DNA from: Podarcis pityusensis
Lineage: Eukaryota
Length of the DNA stretch: 64,000 nt
Strand: one strand, 5' to 3'
Assembly (NCBI GenBank): GCA_964106645.2
Contig: OZ067047.1
Under the pieces are notes generated by a model. The model was not told the origin of the DNA, did no database searches, and saw only the letters and a program-made list of their open reading frames with translations. The translations under genes and the position numbers were made by a program. Shown here one piece after another: positions 1 to 12,760 of this stretch (within the stretch, counting starts at the first letter, position 1; each line of letters opens with the position of its first letter).

Positions 1-245
1 AAAGATAGACCTTTAAGGAGAAAGGTTGCAGGAAGCAGGCTTTTAATTGCATTAGTCCAAGAAAAGGGGGGAAATGTTTACACCACACTTAACAGGAGCA
101 GGGAAGGAATATATTTGACAGAGTGGCTGGGAAGGTTACTTCCAATTAGCAATTTTTGGTGCCCTTTTTTGATGCATATCTTTAACATTTTGGAGAAATT
201 ATCCTTGTTATCAAAGGAGAATTTCAGGATGGAGAAACAAGGTCA

Positions 246-320
246 AGACACCCAGCCAGATGGGTGGGGTAATAATAATAATAATAGTAGTAGTAGTAGT
301 AGTAGTATATTATTATTATA
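246..320 (+). repeat. LINE (L2-like) extreme 3' tail with (AAT)n/(AGT)n microsatellite
   Basis: cccagccagatgggtggggt followed by triplet repeats; the same tail occurs at 1969-2070 (minus) and 5000-5062. Confidence 0.6.
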
Positions 321-975
321 GCATGGCATCAGTTTATATAGAACACACCTCTAATAACCCCTCATATGGGTGTAGGAGCCTGAGGTCAGGGGGGAATAAA
401 AGCCACTCAGCCAACATATAGAGATACTCTTGTTAGTGCCAAAAAGCAGAGCAAGAAATGCAACAGGAATTTTTTTCAGGAAACCTAAGCAAAATTGCCA
501 CAAAAATTTAGTATTTTGGGATTCAAAAGTATATACATCTACAGGACCAATCTGGAGTCAGCAAAAAGCCTCTAGGGCAAGGAGTGAAGGAGGGAGATGT
601 GGAGAAAAAAGGAGACTCATCTTGAAGAGCACTCAGTGTTGGGATACTGAGCCACTGACGCCCTACACTGATTTAAAAAAAACAAAAACTATGCACACAC
701 ACATGCACTCTCAAACAACACACAGGTTTTTCTAACTTTTTCAAAATCAGGCATTGCATTTTAGACCATGACAAAAGTTGATGGGTCTTCCCATTTAATA
801 CACGGATTTTCTTTATCCTAATACTTTCATTGTACTCTTCCAGACAACACATTTCCAACTAGATAGATAGATAGATATACACCCTGTTTTGTCACATAAT
901 TGAAGGGGGCTTAGCTGCTAACAATTCAGGTAGTCCAGACAGAAGCCCTCCAGAAGCTAGCAAGTTGCAGTTTAC

Positions 976-1119
976 CTGTGTCCCAGCTGCTACCTGAGGC
1001 ACAGACATTATTTGTGCTTGCTGTGTGACTGGCTGCGATGGAGCAGCTCCACTGGAAACTGAAGGCTGCTGAACTTGGTATTGCCCAGTCTGTTGTGAAG
1101 GGGCTGAAGGCTGGGTGCT
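976..1119 (-). CDS. WNK1: WNK1 exon 10 (144 nt): STQPSAPSQQTGQYQVQQPSVSSGAAPSQPVTQQAQIMSVPQVAAGTQ
   Basis: Acceptor ttcttctatgacag|AGC and donor CAG|gtaaac; phase 0-0; C-terminal PQVAAGTQ resembles mammalian PQVSAGKQ. Confidence 0.88.
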
Positions 1120-1348
1120 CTGTCATAGAAGAAAAAACAACAGCAGATTATTTACACTGGACAAAAACACCTTTCATCTGGAAATATTTTGCAGCAGTTG
1201 ATCTTGTTTTGGGTATATCTGAATTCCTGCTGTGTATGTGTGTATTCTAATGATAATATTTTGTTTTAAGATGTTCAACAGTACTGAAGTAGAGTTAGCA
1301 AAAACTTCCTGAGAAACAACTGAAAATAAGCACAGCCTACTTAAAGGT

Positions 1349-1700
1349 CAAGGGACGTGGGTGGTGCTGTGGGTTAAACCACAAAGCCTAGGACTTGCCG
1401 ATCAGAAGGTCGGAGGTTTGAATCCCCGTGACGGGGTGAGCTCCCGTTGCTCGGTCCCTGCTCCTGCCAACCTAGCAGTTTGAAAGCACATCAAGTGCAA
1501 GTAGATAAATAGGTACCGCTCCAGCGGGAAGGTAAACGGCGTTTCTGATTGCTGCTCTGGTTCACCAGAAGCGGCATAGTCATGCTAGCCACATGAGCTG
1601 TACGCCGGCTGCCTCGGCCAATAAAACAAGATGAGCGCCGCAACCCCAGAGTTGGCCACGACTGGACCTAATGCTCAGGGGTCCCTTTACCTTTACCTTT
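1349..1700 (+). mobile_element. Sauria-type SINE, near full length, with 11-bp target-site duplication
   Basis: tRNA-like head (gggacgtgggtggtgctgtgggtt...gtttgaatccc), (ACCTTT)n tail, and TACTTAAAGGT repeated at 1338-1348 and 1700-1710. Confidence 0.85.
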
Positions 1701-1967
1701 ACTTAAAGGTTGGGGGCGGGGAGGTGACATGTGCATGGTGGGAGGGGAATCAACAACTGGCACTCAGACAAAGGTGAAGTTCAGCCTTTCATTGGAACTT
1801 GGCTTAAAAAAATAGGAAGCTCAAACCAGAAAATTGTGATTTAAGGCCTTGTGGAAACCCAAACCAAACATGTCTTGCAATCTAAGTTCATAGGGAGATC
1901 TTGAAACACCATTTCCCAGTTCAAATAACACAGTAAACAGTGTGTTCTGAAGCCAGACATAGGAAGA

Positions 1968-1968
<1 letters not shown>

Positions 1969-2013
<45 letters not shown>

Positions 2014-2280
2014 TACCCTGCCCATCTAACTGGGTTGCCCCAGCTACTCTGGACTCTTGGTGGCTTCCAACAGAATATACAGAAACACAATGGAACACCA
2101 CACAATAAAAGTTTCCTGATACAGGGCTGCCTTCAGGTGTCTACGGAAGGTCGTATAATTATTTATCCCTTTGACATCTGACGGGAGGAAGTTCCACAGG
2201 TTGGGTGCCGCTACCAAGACCACCTCACTTCTCACAATGAGGGAGCAGCTAGAAGGCCCTCAGAGCTTAGGGGAGAGACA
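1969..2280 (-). mobile_element. L2-like LINE 3' fragment with (ATT)n tail
   Basis: Reverse complement of the 4826-5062 element; LWN.LP.D...F...LK.L C-terminal motif. Confidence 0.7.
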
Positions 2281-2971
2281 GCTCATGTTCATTGCTTGTT
2301 TTTACTCTTTGAAATCATAGTTCACAGGAACCAGGAACATTCTATCTATACTTTGCCAAATACTAATACTAGAAAAGTTAGCATGCAGAGCAAAGCTTTT
2401 TGAGAAAAGTTACATAGGAACACCACATGAAATTGTCTCATGCAAGATGAAAGCTAACTGTTAAATGGGACTGATTTCTACAGTTAATTATTTTCAACAC
2501 ATTAACAAACTTTCACCAAATATTAATTTGGGCACATTTCTGTGGAAAACGTACAGAATAAATCAAGCTAAGTCAAAGGAATGGTAATCACCTATAACTT
2601 GGAAGCAGAAAGGTAAAATTTTAAAAATACAAATCTTAAACAAATTCCACAGCAAATCCCCAAAGAAATCAGAAAAAAATGTACAAAATTCACTTTAGTA
2701 TATGTTAACTTAACCATGTCCCACCTTTCCTACCTAGAAACAAGGTAGCTGACTTCTTGTCCTCTAGATGTTGTTGAACTACAACTCCCATCTTCTCTGA
2801 CCATTGCCTGTATTTGCTCATGGTGATGGGAGCTGGAGTCCAGCATCAACTGGAGAGCCATAGAGTAGTCCAACCTGCTACCAAGTCAAACACTGAAAGC
2901 ACTATAAAAAAGAACTGCACTGAATATCCTCAACCTACAGAAATATATGAAAAACAGTTGCTCATCATTAC

Positions 2972-3049
2972 CTGTTGACTTGGCTGCATTAGCTGGGATG
3001 ATGTGCCAACTGATGAAGCGTTTGAAGTTGGCTGCCCTTTCATCTGCGC
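2972..3049 (-). CDS. WNK1: WNK1 exon 9 (78 nt): AQMKGQPTSNASSVGTSSQLMQPSQQ
   Basis: Acceptor tttcctttag|GCGCAG and donor CAG|gtaatg; phase 0-0; Q/S-rich like mammalian exon 9. Confidence 0.88.
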
Positions 3050-4825
3050 CTAAAGGAAAAAGACAGAGAATCAGATTCTTTGCCAACTTCTATACTGAAA
3101 ATAAGCACCTGAACAACACTGGCCTGTAGTTAAACATCCCCAATGAATTAGAACAGCATTCAATATGGACGCTTCAAACAAAGTACTGTCATTGCAATGC
3201 ATTGTTTTACAATGCATTATTTTTGTAGCATCTAATACAAGTTGCAAGTCTAAGTTCTGCATGATGCATTTCTACAATGAAAATCTCATCCTCCTGCAGT
3301 TTGTCAAAGATCTGCATCAGGTTATGCTGGCACAAGAGGAAACAATGAGCTGTAGTTTGGTTTAGCTCTATTAAATATCTGCATTTACAAGCAATATGTA
3401 ATCTAGGCCAATATTAATTCATCTTAATAAGCATCATAACTTAAGATTTGTCCTGGAATTTTGATTTCCAGCTAGTAACTTCCAATTTTAATAAGTAAGC
3501 AAGGCACAATAATCATGAATGGATGTGAAAGAAAGAAAAGAAAAGAAAAGCCAACTACCCAAACTTGAATGGAAATGATCGTTTTTGAAAAAGACATTTG
3601 CAGCATACTGAAATGTATACCACATTCTGGGCTTTATCTCAGTATATAATGGAAAAATGGTATGTACAAAGTGGAAAAATCAGAGCTAAAGCTTGTAATG
3701 TTGCAGTGACAAGGTTGAATAAGGTATACAATATTTGAACAATTACACAAAGAATTTTAAAGAAAAAAGGTAGCCGAGGAGTTCATTTACCCAAGTCAAA
3801 CCTATAGGAACGTATGGTGTCAGATTGTTATCAAACAAGCATATTCTATATACGCTTGCAGTATGGTGGAAACATGGGACAGAGCTGTGGGGTCATTTTG
3901 AGAGGTGGGAGAAAATACTATTCAATTAGCTTGTGAGGTTCATCTTGTAAGGTTTGGATCTGAATTAAGTGCTTCTGTGGAATCTATTTAGCCTGTTTCT
4001 GTTCAAGTTTCACCACAGAAACATTTCTCAACTTCTGCTGATTTCTCCAAGGAAATCCACAAACGAACTTGTAAATACAGCATTCCCATGTCTCAGTAAT
4101 AAAAACTGTTCGCCCCCCACCAAAAATGTGACTACTGTTCCAAAAAAGACTACTAGGACCCAGAAAAAGCAACAAGTTACAAGTCACTAATATAAAGTGA
4201 GTAAAGGAATAAAACTTTCACATTACTAGTTTCACTACTGCTACTGAAATGCTGCTATCAGTAAAAAGTGAGGTTTTGTTTTCAGGAAAAAAACATTTAC
4301 TTCCAAGACTTCACACTAAATACTTGCATAGTGCTTTTCTAAAACACTGGAAATACATTATCTCATGAAACCTGTAAAGAAGGTCAGCTTATTGTCCTCA
4401 TATTGACAATTGAGGGCTGAAGGCAACAGTTTACAAGTGAGACAAGATTTGAACCAGAGACTTCCACAACACTTAAGACATGCCACCTTACCAAGCTGTG
4501 AAGATCTGCATCTCAAGACTAATGTGAAATTGCTCTAATAAAATTGATTTCTCTTATAAATGTTACCCAAACACTACTGATTGATGCTCGTGAAACCCAT
4601 AGCATTCAACTGAGCTACTACCATGGGTGCTGCAAACTATAGTCTCTCAATGGTGGTAACTAGTTTATGCCAGTGAAAGCAATTAGACTGTCAACAAAAT
4701 CAAATCAAATCAAAGTTGAAAGACAGAGACTCTCAATGTAATTTTTAAGAGTTAAAATGCTTCAAAGCACATTTGTACAGTTAAAAACTCTTATCAATAT
4801 TCACTATCCTTTGTTAGTGGGAAGT

Positions 4826-5062
4826 TACAGGGAACCAGGCAGAGGGCCTTCTCGGTAGTGGCGCCCTCTCTGTGGAACGCCCTCCCACCAGATGTCAAAG
4901 AGAATAACAACTACCAGACTTTTAGAAGACATCTGAAGGCAGCCCTGTTTAGGGAAGCTTTTAATGTTTGATGTATTACAGTATTTTAATATTTTTTTGG
5001 AAGCCACCCAGAGTGGCAGGGGAAGCCCAGCCAGATGGGCGGGGTATAAATAATTATTATTA
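4826..5062 (+). mobile_element. L2-like LINE 3' fragment
   Basis: Encodes RAFSVVAPSLWNALPPDVK...FRRHLKAALF; ends in an ATT-repeat tail. Confidence 0.7.
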
Positions 5063-5101
5063 TTTGTGGGTTGCCTTACAAAAAGTATGTATACCCTACA
5101 T

Positions 5102-5237
5102 CAGGCCTCCTCAACCTCGGCCCTCCAGATGTTTTTGGCCTACAACTCCCATGATCCCTAGCTAGCAGGATCAGTGGTCAGGGATGATGGGAACTGTAGT
5201 CTCAAAACATCTGGAGGGCAGAGGTTGAGGAAGCCTG
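5102..5237. mobile_element. Short hAT-like MITE with 8-bp TSD
   Basis: TIRs caggcctcctcaacctc / gaggttgaggaagcctg; CCCTACAT on both flanks. Decayed relatives near 2740-2880, 16243-16345, 20395-20520 and 28852-28985. Confidence 0.8.
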
Positions 5238-6681
5238 CCCTACATATTTTGTTTTCTGGGCGTTTCTCTGATGAATAATTTTGTAAAAATTTTTCATGCT
5301 GTTTGCTTTCTAAATATAGCTTAGCATCTTGTTTATATGAAAGCATGTCACAATGGTTGTGCTCACAAACATAGTGGTAAGCTATGGTCTGTTCTAATAA
5401 TAGTTTGCTCAAGAAACCACAAGTCACCTTGAAAACTAAGGGGGGGGGGCGGGAGTCACAACTTGTTTCTCCATGCTTGGTTTGTTTTCCAACTGCTTTT
5501 CCCTCAATGCAATTGAAGCTTGGCAAGTGCTTGTGGTGGTGGAATACAAATCATGGTTAAGCAAGACTGATGGATTTAGGTATGTCAGACTCTAGAAGAA
5601 AACAAGCCACCGTTTGTAAGTCAACCACCACTATAGCTTCACCTTGTGGTCTGCTCTGGAGAGTTTGGATATTCAAGCAAACCATGCTTTGGCTAAACAA
5701 GCCATGGCTTAGCATAATGTATGAACCAGGCTATTGCAGTTTTATGACTGTAGAATAGTCCTTCTTCAATGTTACACAAAGTTTTCCCAGGGAGTTGTAA
5801 ATAGAGTAATAAAGTCTTCCTTGGAGCACACTATCATTGTCTCTGTCTTACAAATCAAACAGGTTTGTGCATTTTTGCAATGCTTTGAAGACTAACAAAA
5901 TCTATTTCATAGACCACACAAACTGGTCAGCCAATAATTTTGCTGGACAGTCCCCTTACCTATTTATGGTGAGGAAAGAATAAGCCAAACTCTCATACCT
6001 TCCTACTATTACTGCTTATGAATACCCCTCTATGGTTGGCAGTTAGAAAACACACATCACGCAGAAGGGTGGTTTGACCTAGAGATTGCCACTTTTGACC
6101 TCTGCAACAATAAGACAGAAAAACCTCCAACTCTAATCAGTTCTGTACAACACAGTGTATCTAACCTACAATAAGACCAAGAAAGTGCATGTGTTAAGAA
6201 AGGAGGGCACTACTCGGCACAGTATGACTATAGAGTGGTACTGTTTTGGTTTGTGTTTAAAGAACAGTTATTACTTCATCCAGTCTAGTACATCTTCAGG
6301 CTGTGAAACAGTCTCTGTATTTCTCTTACCTGAGCATCCAAGTGAGCATCAGATAAGTAAAAAAGAATTTTTTTCAACATTGTTAAATGACCAGCACTTG
6401 TTACCATATTAAACAGGCTCACATGACAAGGTTTTGACAACCATCAATACATACAACATAAACTAATCACGATGAGGGCTGCTCCTAGTAAGCTAGGATC
6501 ACAGAAGCTTCAACAACCACACAATACTGTTCTAATCTCAAATACTGCAGTAATTTGCAGGGATGTGAGGAGATTAAGGAAAGGTCGAAACAGGATAAGG
6601 AATACAAGGAGTTTTGCACTATGAAGTTGGGGGGAGGGTTTACGAAAAATGAAGTAATTTGGAAACATTTGTTCCTGTAAC

Positions 6682-7890
6682 CTGAGGATAGTGTGTAGAT
6701 GGTCCTGAAGAAGCCAGTGCCGAGAAAGCCTGTTGAGATGAAGTTCCCTGTGGGAAGTGGAAGATGATCTGTGAATCCTGAAATGCCTTCTGAGTCATCT
6801 GGGCAGCAGGCAGAGGCAAGCCTGAACCATACGACGCAGATACCCCAGTGGGAGGAGGAGAAAGAAAGTCACCAGTGTCTGAGGAAGTCAACTGTGATGA
6901 ATCACTGGAGTATCCTGGGCTACCTTCTGGCCAGCTCTGTAAGACAGAACTGCCTCTAGGCACCATGAACTCGGAGCCTAAGTAGCTGCACTGCTCTTCC
7001 GTTACAGGCTGAAGACGACCAGGCTGTATGGTTGTCTGAGGGGACTCCTCCTGGTTAAAATCTGTGGAGCCTCGACGATTTCTATAAACGCGCTGTGAGA
7101 GGACAGCACCGTCTCCTGCAGTTGCACTGGGTGCTTGAACATGGAACTCAAAGACACAACTTGCTCGACCGTCCCCACTGTGAGTGAGTATGGCAGGTGC
7201 AGAATGTGGAACAAATACTGGGTGAAAATTCATTTGTGTGGCATCTGCACTCAGTGGTGCTGACATACTAGACAATGGTGATGGTGGATTCATTCCAGAA
7301 TCCAGTCTCAAGTTCTGAATCTGTCTTGCCAGAAATGGCTGCCCAGTTTGATATTCAAAAGTAGAACTCTGCGGGGGGCCGCCTTGCAAATTTCTCTGTT
7401 CAGGAGCCTGCTGTAAGTGTTGCTCAGTCCCCTGGGGATTCTGGGGCACTGTATCATAGTGTTCTGGCAACTGGGACTGGTAGTGCATGCCCACTAAATA
7501 CATTGCTTCTTGAGTCAACATGCTTGTAGCATCCTTTGAAGGCGCTTGTCCAGATCTGTAATCACTCAACCCTTGAGCCGAGTCAAAACCAGGGTTAGCC
7601 TGCATATGCTCCCCAGCTGTGCTGCTCATTGTCACCAGTCCCTCTGGTGTCCAAGTTGCTGGACTACCAACAGGGAGAACAAAACTCTGACCAGTCTTGA
7701 GCAAGGGCTGGAAGTGGCAGGTTTGGGCTTCAAGGATGGAAGTGCTCTTGCGTCGCTGAGAAATGGCCACCCGTGAAGGGCAGATGGGTGGTGGCGAGAA
7801 AGACACTGGCCGTTCATGAACGGTTGGAAAAAATACTTGGGAATCTGGGAACGTTGGGGTTCCCCCACACGGATGCACCATGGATTGAGG
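6682..7890 (-). CDS. WNK1: WNK1 HSN2 neural cassette exon (1209 nt, 403 codons): PQSMVHPCGGTPTFPDSQVFFPTVHERPVSFSPPP...THYPQ
   Basis: ORF 6640..7908; acceptor atacag|CCTCAA and weak donor CAG|gttaca; N-terminus matches the HSN2 peptide. Confidence 0.93.
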
Positions 7891-9278
7891 CTGTATTGAC
7901 ATGAACAAGACAAGTAATTCACACGTTATAGAAGCATATTAGCATGTTCAGCTCAATAGGCAGCTCTCTTTAGTAACCTTATAGAATGGCTACGCCTAGT
8001 TCATGGTCAACACGTAAAATGCTTTGAAGGGTTATACATATCCATTAAATACATCCTTGGCAGATATCAGTGTCTATATGAGTATTTGCTTTTGTTAGAA
8101 GCTGCTTTTCCACCCATCTCCTTCTGTCAATATAAAAAACTTTGGACAACTTTCCTTAATGAAAATGGTTATTTCTCAACACATCCTTTATTTCCTATCA
8201 AAATTAGTTGCCTTTCAAGGAAAAGATTCTGTTGTGAATCTGGGGGGGAAAACAAGAAATGTAACTTCTTCAGAAACTTACTGTCCTTTCAAATGTGTAC
8301 CATCAATTAAGTGTTGAACATTTTAGTGCATCACCAAGGAGATTTGTAATCTCCCAATTCATGCACAAAAGATTGTAGAAAATATCAATGGGATAAATTA
8401 TAGCACCCCTGTATAAAGCTTATATGCCACTTCACCTTTATATGCCACTAACAATTTCTCTCTCTCTCTCCCACTGCACCAAAGTTTTGATTTATATTCT
8501 GGAAAAGCAGGAGCAAACTCTTATATGACACAAGTAACAGTACAGAGTGAGGATTAGTCCTACACCCTCTGTGAATAGAAGGCAATGTGTTTTTCTGTTC
8601 TGTAGAAAGTGATTCTCTCTTCCTCTCCTGCTCTAATGACTTATCACTTCAATCAAAGCAAGAATAAATTAATAGGAAATCAATTATCCCCAAGTGGAAG
8701 CAGTGACCGTCACATTAGTTTTGGCATCAGTTCTGGAAGTAAGAACAAGGAAAGGAGAAATGTAGTATACAAGGAAGCAGCACAGGACAAAAATTAAGAA
8801 CCGAACAGAAGAACTAGACTTCTAGCAATTTGAGTCTTTGATTTATACTGCCTGCTCACCAGAACCTTTTCTCCATAATGGTCAGAGCTGGAAACTTTCC
8901 CCCCTGTTAAATGGCAGAAAGCATTCACAGATGCCCCATGGTGGTTTTCAATGGCACTGGCATGGTTCTAGCCAGCTACATATACATATAATTTGAAGAA
9001 ATATTAACTGTAGCCCCAAAATCAAAGTGTATAAATCAGATCAGAACTAATCCATATAATTTGCAGATTTCATTTAAACTGCATGCTGCACTTCAGCTTT
9101 TCCCTGAAACTTCAGGCACATTAACTCTTAGGTTTTGGAGGAGGAAGAAGAATCAACTTTCCAGAAGCACAGGATAACACAGTCCCCATTTTGTCTCTTA
9201 TCTAATTTGAAGAATGACGCCAGGATGTATTTAGTGGTGACTTATCTGCAATGTGCCAGGAGGCATACAGTGACATAC

Positions 9279-9533
9279 AGGGTGGAGAAAGAGGGAAGGC
9301 AGGCTGGAACGCCGCTTGCTGCGTGGAGAGGCGGTGTGCATGGGCAGGACATTCTCCAAGGCTTTGGAAAGCTTTTCACCAAAAGTTTCCTCAGGGGCAG
9401 TCCGAAGGTAAGAAGGAGAAAGAGGTGCACATAACACTGATGGTGGAGTAGAAGGAGCACTGGGAGGGATTTGGGACAGCGGAGGGAAAGAAAGAGGGGA
9501 AGGACAAACCGACATGCTACAGCCACGTTGAGG
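9279..9533 (-). CDS. WNK1: WNK1 cassette exon 8B (255 nt): PQRGCSMSVC...PEETFGEKLSKALENVLPMHTASPRSKRRSSLPSLFLHP
   Basis: Acceptor tccttag|CCTCAA and donor CCT|gtatgt; phase 0-0; motif matches mammalian exon 8B. Confidence 0.93.
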
Positions 9534-11538
9534 CTAAGGAAGGAAACAAAAAGAAGTGAACATAAACCACATGGCTAATGAGCTAGAACTGAGGGAGACA
9601 CATTCATGACAAAGGGCCAATGCTGATCAGAACAAACAGGGTATGAAGGAACTTGACAGTGACATCATGTACAATAAAGAGGGTTATAAGCACCTCAGAG
9701 GACTGCAGGTTCTATTTTGACTGTCAAATTCCATTACTTCTGTCAAATAGTTTATATATATATGCAGGAAGTAGACATATGTTCTCATCACCCTGGTTCC
9801 ATAAAAAATGTGTTTAAGCTGTTCCCAGCACCGATACGTTTCCTAACTGAAAGCCTCTAGAAGTCTAAAGGGAATGAACATTGGTTTGAAATTGGCAACA
9901 TGGTGTGTGCAAAGATGTTTTCCTTCTTTCCAAATTTAGTGTTACTGTCTTCAAGTATTTTTGCTGACACCAGATTTCATTCTAAAGTGAACTGGCTTCC
10001 TAAATACAGGATTTGACTGGACACCTCAAGTTATTTATTCAGTCAAGGACTGCAAGACAACAGGAATCAACCATAGCATAAACTGTGGAACAAGGCAAGA
10101 CTTTAATTGTGACAGCTGTCTTAAAATTAGAATTAGGCCATCTTCCAGGAGAGGAGTTTATTAGAGAAGATAGTTGCTGCAATCTGCCTATACCCCAGAG
10201 GTCATTGGTTTATTTTTCTCATTGTAAACAAATTATCACCTAAATTACTGCTTTAAAATGTAATAGTTCCTCCGGCAGCCAGGTCGTTGTCCCCCCAAAC
10301 ATGCTTCTGTATTTTTCCCCAGAGCTTCTTGGGGAAAACCAAAATGATCTGTCTTTTTTGAAGTCTTCTCTCCCAATGAAACTGCACTCACAGCTGAAAC
10401 TTCCAGAAGAGTCTGCATGGAAGTTTTTCTGGAAGTCTTCGATTCATCATCCAAACCTGGTCTGCTCAGAAGAACTGTTAGTGTATTCCCCTGGTGTTAG
10501 CCATGATTATTCAACCTTGAAGCAAGGCATGTGAAGATTGCTTAATGGGTTATTGATTCAAGGCATGTCCTTGAACTGCAGCAATGGAACTCAACTCAAA
10601 TAAACTTTCAAAAAAGTATTAAAAGTTGTGATTGATCATGTGTTTAAAAGGGCACAAAACTTCATATGTGCATTTGAACAGAATGGAAAGATGCTCTGTA
10701 AAAACTGGCAAGAATTTTCCTCCAATGAGGAATTCTCTTCTACGATAGCTCTTTCCAATGTAACTTACAGAAATATATCATCATAATAACAGAGATAACC
10801 AAACCAGAAAGGCTGCATCCTCTAGATATAGGTAAATTATTTGAGGAACAGATACTTTTTTTTTGCCTTTACACAAGCAGCAAGGTTTGTAAAAAGATCT
10901 GAGTAAGAGTTTTTCTAGAAGACCCCCAAGGTCAGCTCTGAAAACATACCAGAAAAGGGTACCAAATAAAGGGTAACACAAATGAACGCATGAAGTGGGA
11001 AAGGTAATTGTGCCCATGAGCAATTCAATGCAAGCTATAAATCAATGGCAAAACAGAAGTGGGATCATTTAAAACTGCAGTGTCCGCATGCAGCATTCTA
11101 TAATGGTTAGGAATCCTTACCTTCTGTAGCTGTAATTAAAATCTTGCACAATATGTTCTCTTAACACACTCAGCTGTTTCATAAAGCTCATCATAACTTT
11201 TCAATTATAAACTTCCTCACACACTATGCATTGGAAGCTAAATAGAATTTTATATACCTCTATAGGTAAAATCAGCAAGTGAAAGGGAATTTTATTGCTG
11301 CTTCCACCCCAAGTTCTGCTGCCTTTATACCTTTCTATGAGATACCCTCTCTCTTGCCTGAAGAACTATCAGAGAAAGGAATTTTACATTGTTGTGTATG
11401 TTGTTTTACCCACACAAAATATATCTGAACTTCCATTAAAACCTCAGACTACAGGTTTTTTAAAAGCCTACACAAATAAAGGAATTCCGAGCAAGTCTCA
11501 TTAGAGTATTCCCTCTACTACTTTGGCTTTGGCCTTAC

Positions 11539-11726
11539 CACTCCAGACGTCTGATATCCTCCAGGTTGTTGTGATTGTGGCTGGCCAATAGGAGCTGCAT
11601 ATCCTGGGGGTTGAACTGTTGGGATAGACTGTTCATGCTGGGAACCATAAGAAGCTGTCTGTTGGCTGCTCACACATGATTCGGTAAAGACAGATGATCC
11701 TTGTCCACTATCAACGGTGCCATCAG
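11539..11726 (-). CDS. WNK1: WNK1 exon 8 (188 nt): SDGTVDSGQGSSVFTES...QPGGYQTSGV
   Basis: Acceptor tttacag|CTGATG and donor GTG|gtaagg; lies in ORF 11518..11739. Confidence 0.96.
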
Positions 11727-12032
11727 CTGTAAAGACCATAAAAGGGTGGGTTTTAAATTGCTCATGAACTCATGCTGAGTCAAAGTTCCAGAACTGCTTG
11801 TGAATTCATTTAAATTTATACAAAATTAAGGTAGAGACAGCAGCACTAGTACATGCCCCCTACTTCCCCCAAATCCTACAACACAAAATCACAGAAACTG
11901 TGCTCAGATTGAGTATGTTAGCAAGGACAATGGCAGTAATGAAGTTGTGCATCAGGAAGGCAGCAGGGACAGGTACAAGAAACCCGAAGCCCTAACTCCT
12001 GTCCATAACACCTTTTATTTCCACAGTATATA

Positions 12033-12760
12033 CCGTATTTTTCGCTCTATAACACGCACCCAACCATAACACGCACATAGTTTTTAGAGGAGGAAAACAA
12101 AAAAAATATTCTAAATGAAACAGTGGATGTATGATTTTTGTGGTTCATGCTGTGGCCACAGACGTGATCTGACGGTGAGTTTGGGGTAGCCCAAAGCAAA
12201 AATCCTGAGGATCCATGTGGATCCATGCTTTGTAACCACGTTTTTGCACCACTGCGGCCCCAGGCAACAGTGGGTGCATGATTTTTTTGGTGCAAGCTGT
12301 AGCCATAGACATGCTATGTGATCTGATGGTGAATTTGGGGTGACCCAGTGCAAAAATCCTGAGGATCCATGTGGATCTGTGCTTTGTAACCACATTTTAA
12401 GTGGGGAGGGAAGGAAAAGCACTCAAGGGACAAGGAGCACGCGTGGGGTGTGTGGAGAAGGATGCTGCTAATAATGTAGGTGAGGGGTATAACAGGAGAA
12501 GGCTCCTCTCCTCTCCCGCTTTGCTCCTTTAAAGCAAGCAGGCTCTCTGTCCCTCTCTCCTCCCCACTCAGCGGCTCTTCTCCCGCTTTGCTGTTTCAAA
12601 GCAAGCCACGGAGGAGGGAAGGAAGGGGAACTATGGATCCTCTGCTCACGACTGCAGCAGATGCCCCCACCATCTGTAGGCATTCGCTCCATAACATGCA
12701 CAGACATTTCCCCTTACTTTCTAGGAGGAAAAAGTGAGTGTTAGGGAGCAAAAAATACGG
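12033..12760. mobile_element. Non-autonomous Tc1/mariner-superfamily element with an internal ~120-bp tandem duplication
   Basis: TA|CCGTATTTTTCGCTC ... GAGCAAAAAATACGG|TA; duplicated unit at about 12128-12245 and 12275-12398. Confidence 0.8.

Noticed and set aside
2382-2444. Two UGCAUG (RBFOX) motifs downstream of exon 9, plus others at 702 and 8360
   Set aside because: Hexamers expected by chance and far from the splice sites; conservation data would be needed.
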